From NCBI GenBank assembly GCA_036382515.1, contig DASVHQ010000289.1, positions 8,176-72,175 on the forward strand: DNA of 64,000 nucleotides, in the 5' to 3' direction. Source of the stretch: Polyangiales bacterium. GTDB lineage: Bacteria > Myxococcota_A > Polyangia > Polyangiales > JAFGIB01. The notes under the pieces are model-generated. The model was not told the origin of the DNA. It saw only the letters and a list, made by a program, of their open reading frames with translations, and did no database searches. Positions 61,319 through 64,000 of the stretch are shown in pieces (within the stretch, counting starts at the first letter, position 1; every line of letters starts with the position of its first letter). The position numbers and the translations under genes are program-made.

Positions 61319-62245
61319 ATGGTCGCGCCAGTCATCAACTCCCCGCTCGAGCTCGTCGGCCACACGCCGTTGATACGGCTGAACCGTGTCGTAACTGACA
61401 CGGGTGCCACCGTCTGGGGCAAGGCCGAGCAGATGAACCCCGGAGGCTCGGTCAAGGACCGAATCTGCCTGGCCATGATCGAGCAGGCCGAGCAGCAAGG
61501 CCGCATCAAGCCGGGCGCCACCATCGTCGAGCCCACCTCCGGCAACACCGGCATCGGTCTGGCGCTGGTCTGCGCCATCAAGGGGTATCGGCTCGTGCTG
61601 ACCATGCCCGAGAGCATGTCGCTGGAGCGGCGTGCGCTGCTGCAGGCCTACGGCGCGAAGATCGTGCTCACGCCCGCCGAGCAAGTCATGGAAGGTGCCA
61701 TCGCCGCGGCGCGCGAGATCGTCGAGAGCGAGGGCGCGTTCATGCCCATGCAGTTCGACAACCCGGCCAACCCGGAGAGCCACGGCGTGCATACCGCCGC
61801 CGAGATCCTCGAGTCGCTCGGTGAGCTGCGCGTGCACACCTTCGTGGCTGCCGTGGGCACCGGAGGCACGGTCAGCGGTGTGGGCAAGCGGTTGAAACAG
61901 CACGATTCGAAGATCCGCATCATCGCGGTCGAGCCCGAGAGCTCGCAGGTGCTAGCCGGCGGCGAGCCGGGTCCCACCAAGATCCAGGGCATCGGTGCCG
62001 GCTTCATCCCGAAGAACTTCGATCGCAGCGTGGTCGACGAAGTGCTGCACGTGAGCGACCGCGCCGCCTACGACATGAAGGTCCGGCTGGCGCGCGAGGA
62101 AGGCTTGCTGGTCGGCATCAGCGCCGGCGCGAACGTGGTCGCCGCCGCACGCGTCGCCGCTGCGCTCGGACCGGACCAGCACGTCGTGACGGTGCTCTGC
62201 GACACCGGTGAGCGCTACTTCAGCCTGGACGAGTACTTCGCATGA
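61319..62245 (+). CDS. cysK: cysteine synthase A (O-acetylserine sulfhydrylase)
   Basis: GHTPLIRLNRV, NPGGSVKDRI (PLP lysine), TSGNTGIGLA, GTGGTVSG. ATG 61319. Confidence 0.93.
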   Translation: MVAPVINSPLELVGHTPLIRLNRVVTDTGATVWGKAEQMNPGGSVKDRICLAMIEQAEQQGRIKPGATIVEPTSGNTGIGLALVCAIKGYRLVLTMPESMSLERRALLQAYGAKIVLTPAEQVMEGAIAAAREIVESEGAFMPMQFDNPANPESHGVHTAAEILESLGELRVHTFVAAVGTGGTVSGVGKRLKQHDSKIRIIAVEPESSQVLAGGEPGPTKIQGIGAGFIPKNFDRSVVDEVLHVSDRAAYDMKVRLAREEGLLVGISAGANVVAAARVAAALGPDQHVVTVLCDTGERYFSLDEYFA

Positions 62246-63297
62246 GCTCGCTGGCGGACAAGCGCGTGCTCTTGGTGGGGGCCGGCGGGCTCGGCTCACC
62301 GGTGGCACTGGTGCTGGCCGCGAGCGGGGTCGGCGCGATCGAGATCGCGGACGACGATCGGGTCTCGGCGACCAACCTGCACCGTCAGCTGCTGTACGGC
62401 GCCGCGGACGTCGGCCGTTCCAAGGCCATCGCCGCCTGTGAACGCGTGACGCGGGTCGCCAGCGAGGCTGGAAACTTGACAAGCGCTGTTGCACGTGAAA
62501 TGCGCTTCGACCCAGGTGTCGACCCTGAATCACTGCGCAAATTCGCGGTAGTGGTCGACGGAGTCGACAATTTCCCGAGCAAGTTCCTGCTCGCAGACGC
62601 CTGCGCGATCGCTGGTGTGCCGTGTGTGCAGGGTGGCGCGGTCCGCTGGGGTGGCTGGGCTCTGGCCAGCGTGCCTGGGCGCGGCCCCTGCTTGCGCTGC
62701 GTGTTCGAGGACATTCCGCAGGGCCCCGACCGTGGCTGCGCCGAAGCGGGCGTGGTCGGGCCGGTCGTCGGGGTGATCGGGGCGCTGCAAGCCGCGCTGG
62801 CGCTGCGCCTCTTGCACGGCGACCTCGACGCGGCCGGAGCCCTCTACCACTACGACGGGCTCGCCGGCTCGTTGCGCCGGACCCGAGTGGCGCGTTCGGC
62901 TACTTGCCGCTTGTGCGCCGGCGAAATTCGCGATTTGAAGGCGGACCGCTACCTCCCGCGCGAGTGCGCGGCCGAAGGCACGTACGCGGCATCTACATCG
63001 AGGAGAAACACCATGGCCATCACCGTTCGCGTTCCCACCCCGTTGCGCACCCTCACCCAAGGCAAAGACGAAGTCGAAGCCAAGGGCGCAACCATCCGCG
63101 AGCTCATCGAAGACCTCGAGCGCAACCATCCAGGGCTCAAGGAACGGCTGTGCGACGACAAGGGCGTGCGTCGCTTCGTGAACATCTACCAAAACGAGGA
63201 AGACATCCGCTTCCTCGAAGGGCTCGACACCAAGCTGAAGGATGGCGACTCGATCAGCATCGTGCCTGCCATCGCTGGCGGAGCCTCGGGCGGCTGA
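62242..63297 (+). CDS. ThiF/MoeB-type adenylyltransferase (E1-like, N-terminal helix absent) fused in frame to a MoaD/ThiS/CysO-type sulfur-carrier domain
   Basis: One open frame. E1 motifs: VGAGGLGS, DDDRVSATNLHRQ, VVDGVDNF, CLRC and CRLC. An 11-aa linker is followed by a 94-aa beta-grasp ending PAIAGGASGG*. ATGA overlap with the cysK stop. Confidence 0.85.
   Translation: MSSLADKRVLLVGAGGLGSPVALVLAASGVGAIEIADDDRVSATNLHRQLLYGAADVGRSKAIAACERVTRVASEAGNLTSAVAREMRFDPGVDPESLRKFAVVVDGVDNFPSKFLLADACAIAGVPCVQGGAVRWGGWALASVPGRGPCLRCVFEDIPQGPDRGCAEAGVVGPVVGVIGALQAALALRLLHGDLDAAGALYHYDGLAGSLRRTRVARSATCRLCAGEIRDLKADRYLPRECAAEGTYAASTSRRNTMAITVRVPTPLRTLTQGKDEVEAKGATIRELIEDLERNHPGLKERLCDDKGVRRFVNIYQNEEDIRFLEGLDTKLKDGDSISIVPAIAGGASGG
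63013..63297 (+). CDS. possible independently translated CysO/MoaD-like sulfur carrier (internal start within the fusion frame)
   Basis: AGGAGA at 63001-63006 lies 6 nt before ATG 63013. MAITVRVPTPLRTL...VNIYQNEEDIRFLEGLDTKLKDGDSISIVPAIAGGASGG resembles archaeal-type MoaD/CysO. Confidence 0.55.
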   Translation: MAITVRVPTPLRTLTQGKDEVEAKGATIRELIEDLERNHPGLKERLCDDKGVRRFVNIYQNEEDIRFLEGLDTKLKDGDSISIVPAIAGGASGG

Positions 63298-63299
63298 AC

Positions 63300-63680
63300 G
63301 TGCTCAGCGACCACGAAAAACAGTTGTACGCGCGGCATCTGCTGCTTTTGGAGATCGGCGAGCGCGGGCAAGAGAAGCTGTGTGCGGCGCAGGTCGCAAT
63401 GGCGCAGCTGGGCGACGCGCGTGCGAGCGCGGTGGCCCGCGAGTATCTGCAGCGAGGGGGCACGAGCTGCGCTGCCGCCGTCAGCGGCGGCACGCAGGTC
63501 GAGTTGGCGCTGCCCGATGCCAGCGCTGTGGACGCGCTCGCGGGTGATCCGAGGCTGCAACACGCAGCCGCGTGGCTCGCGGGCTCGTTCGCCGCGGTCG
63601 AGGCGATCAAGCAGATCGTCGGCGTCGGCCGTGCGGGGGCGATCCCCGAAACCTTCTCTCTTTCTTCGGAGGTCGGTTGA
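63300..63680 (+). CDS. 126-aa degenerate ThiF/MoeB-like protein (N-terminal helix and C-terminal helix retained, nucleotide loop degenerate, core missing)
   Basis: GTG 63300 lies 2 nt after the carrier stop, and the stop overlaps the next ATG. VLSDHEKQLYARHLLLLEIGERGQEKLCAAQVAMAQLGDARASAVAREYLQRGG compares with MoeB [50 protein letters not shown]. The C-terminal WLAGSFAAVEAIKQIVGVG compares with GVIGSLQAMEAIKMLAGYG. Confidence 0.55.
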   Translation: MLSDHEKQLYARHLLLLEIGERGQEKLCAAQVAMAQLGDARASAVAREYLQRGGTSCAAAVSGGTQVELALPDASAVDALAGDPRLQHAAAWLAGSFAAVEAIKQIVGVGRAGAIPETFSLSSEVG

Positions 63681-64000
63681 TGGCACGTCCGCTTCGCATG
63701 AGCTCGGTGGTCGATGCCGTGGGGCAAACACCGCTGGTGCGCCTGCATCACATCGGTCGCGACAGCCCCGGCGTGAAGGTGTTTCTGAAGCTCGAGTACA
63801 TGAATCCCGGCGGCTCGGTGAAGGACCGTCCGGCGTTGCAGATGATGAAAGACGCCATCGCCGATGGGCGCCTGACGCGCGACAAGATCTTGATCGACGC
63901 CACCAGTGGCAACACCGGCGTGGCGTACTCGATCTTCGGCGCGGCGCTCGGCTATCGCATCGCGCTCGTCATGCCCGCCAACGTGTCGCAGGCGCGCAAG
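63680..64000 (+). CDS. cysM: cysteine synthase paralog (CysM-like), 5' part; continues beyond window
   Basis: Not in the ORF track (open at the edge). MARPLRMSSVVDAVGQTPLVRLHHI...LEYMNPGGSVKDRPALQMM...DATSGNTGVAYS. Confidence 0.85.
   Translation, partial: MARPLRMSSVVDAVGQTPLVRLHHIGRDSPGVKVFLKLEYMNPGGSVKDRPALQMMKDAIADGRLTRDKILIDATSGNTGVAYSIFGAALGYRIALVMPANVSQARK

Noticed and set aside
60280-61617. 445-aa minus-strand ORF spanning the Rrf2 gene and the cysK start
   Set aside because: It crosses an intergenic promoter region and is antisense to two well-supported genes. No motifs.
62622-63680. 352-aa plus-strand ORF
   Set aside because: Its first ~225 codons are an out-of-frame reading of the E1::carrier gene. 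Only the last 126 codons (from GTG 63300) look coding.

Overview
The window is very GC-rich and gene-dense, with about 58 protein-coding calls, most on the minus strand. I found no rRNA, tRNA, CRISPR array or recognisable mobile element. The content looks myxobacteria-like (inference only): a Ser/Thr kinase with a PEGA domain, a PP2C phosphatase, tandem lspA genes and many lipoproteins.

Gene order, left to right:
- Two ABC exporter subunits, a TPR-like protein, PP2C, an AI-2E transporter.
- A long co-directional minus-strand string: rpsA, cmk, AroA-like, lipoprotein, hisC, pheA, mutS, two large beta-propeller-like lipoproteins, Ser/Thr kinase, scpB, scpA.
- A zinc-ribbon coiled-coil protein, bcp, a metallophosphatase plus Rieske pair, map, two small ORFs.
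- parA-parB, folD, lgt, lspA x2, ileS, a decayed oxoprolinase relic.
- nusB, ribH, ribB(X), ribD, nrdR, an RNA methyltransferase, mnmA, a cysteine desulfurase, a REC-histidine kinase.
- mutA-mutB-meaB, a HARE-HTH/Mrr-like protein, a PHA-system small protein, ddl, two secreted repeat proteins.
- An Rrf2-led cysteine locus running to the window edge.

The three items most worth a second look:
1. The terminal locus (60.8-64.0 kb). A ThiF/MoeB-type E1 that lacks its N-terminal helix is fused in frame to a CysO/MoaD-type sulfur carrier ending GG-ASGG. It is followed by a 126-aa degenerate mini-ThiF that carries the missing N-terminal motif. The whole unit is bracketed by two cysteine-synthase paralogs.
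2. The aroA slot of the pheA-hisC-aroA-cmk-rpsA supraoperon holds an EPSP-synthase-fold protein in which most catalytic motifs are substituted. It is translationally coupled to an unknown lipoprotein sitting where tyrA usually lies.
3. A NifS-type cysteine desulfurase has no canonical start codon. It begins at a CTG overlapping the stop of a REC-histidine kinase.

All similarity statements come from reading the translations by eye. Reference motifs and residue numbers are recalled from memory, and nothing was searched or computed.
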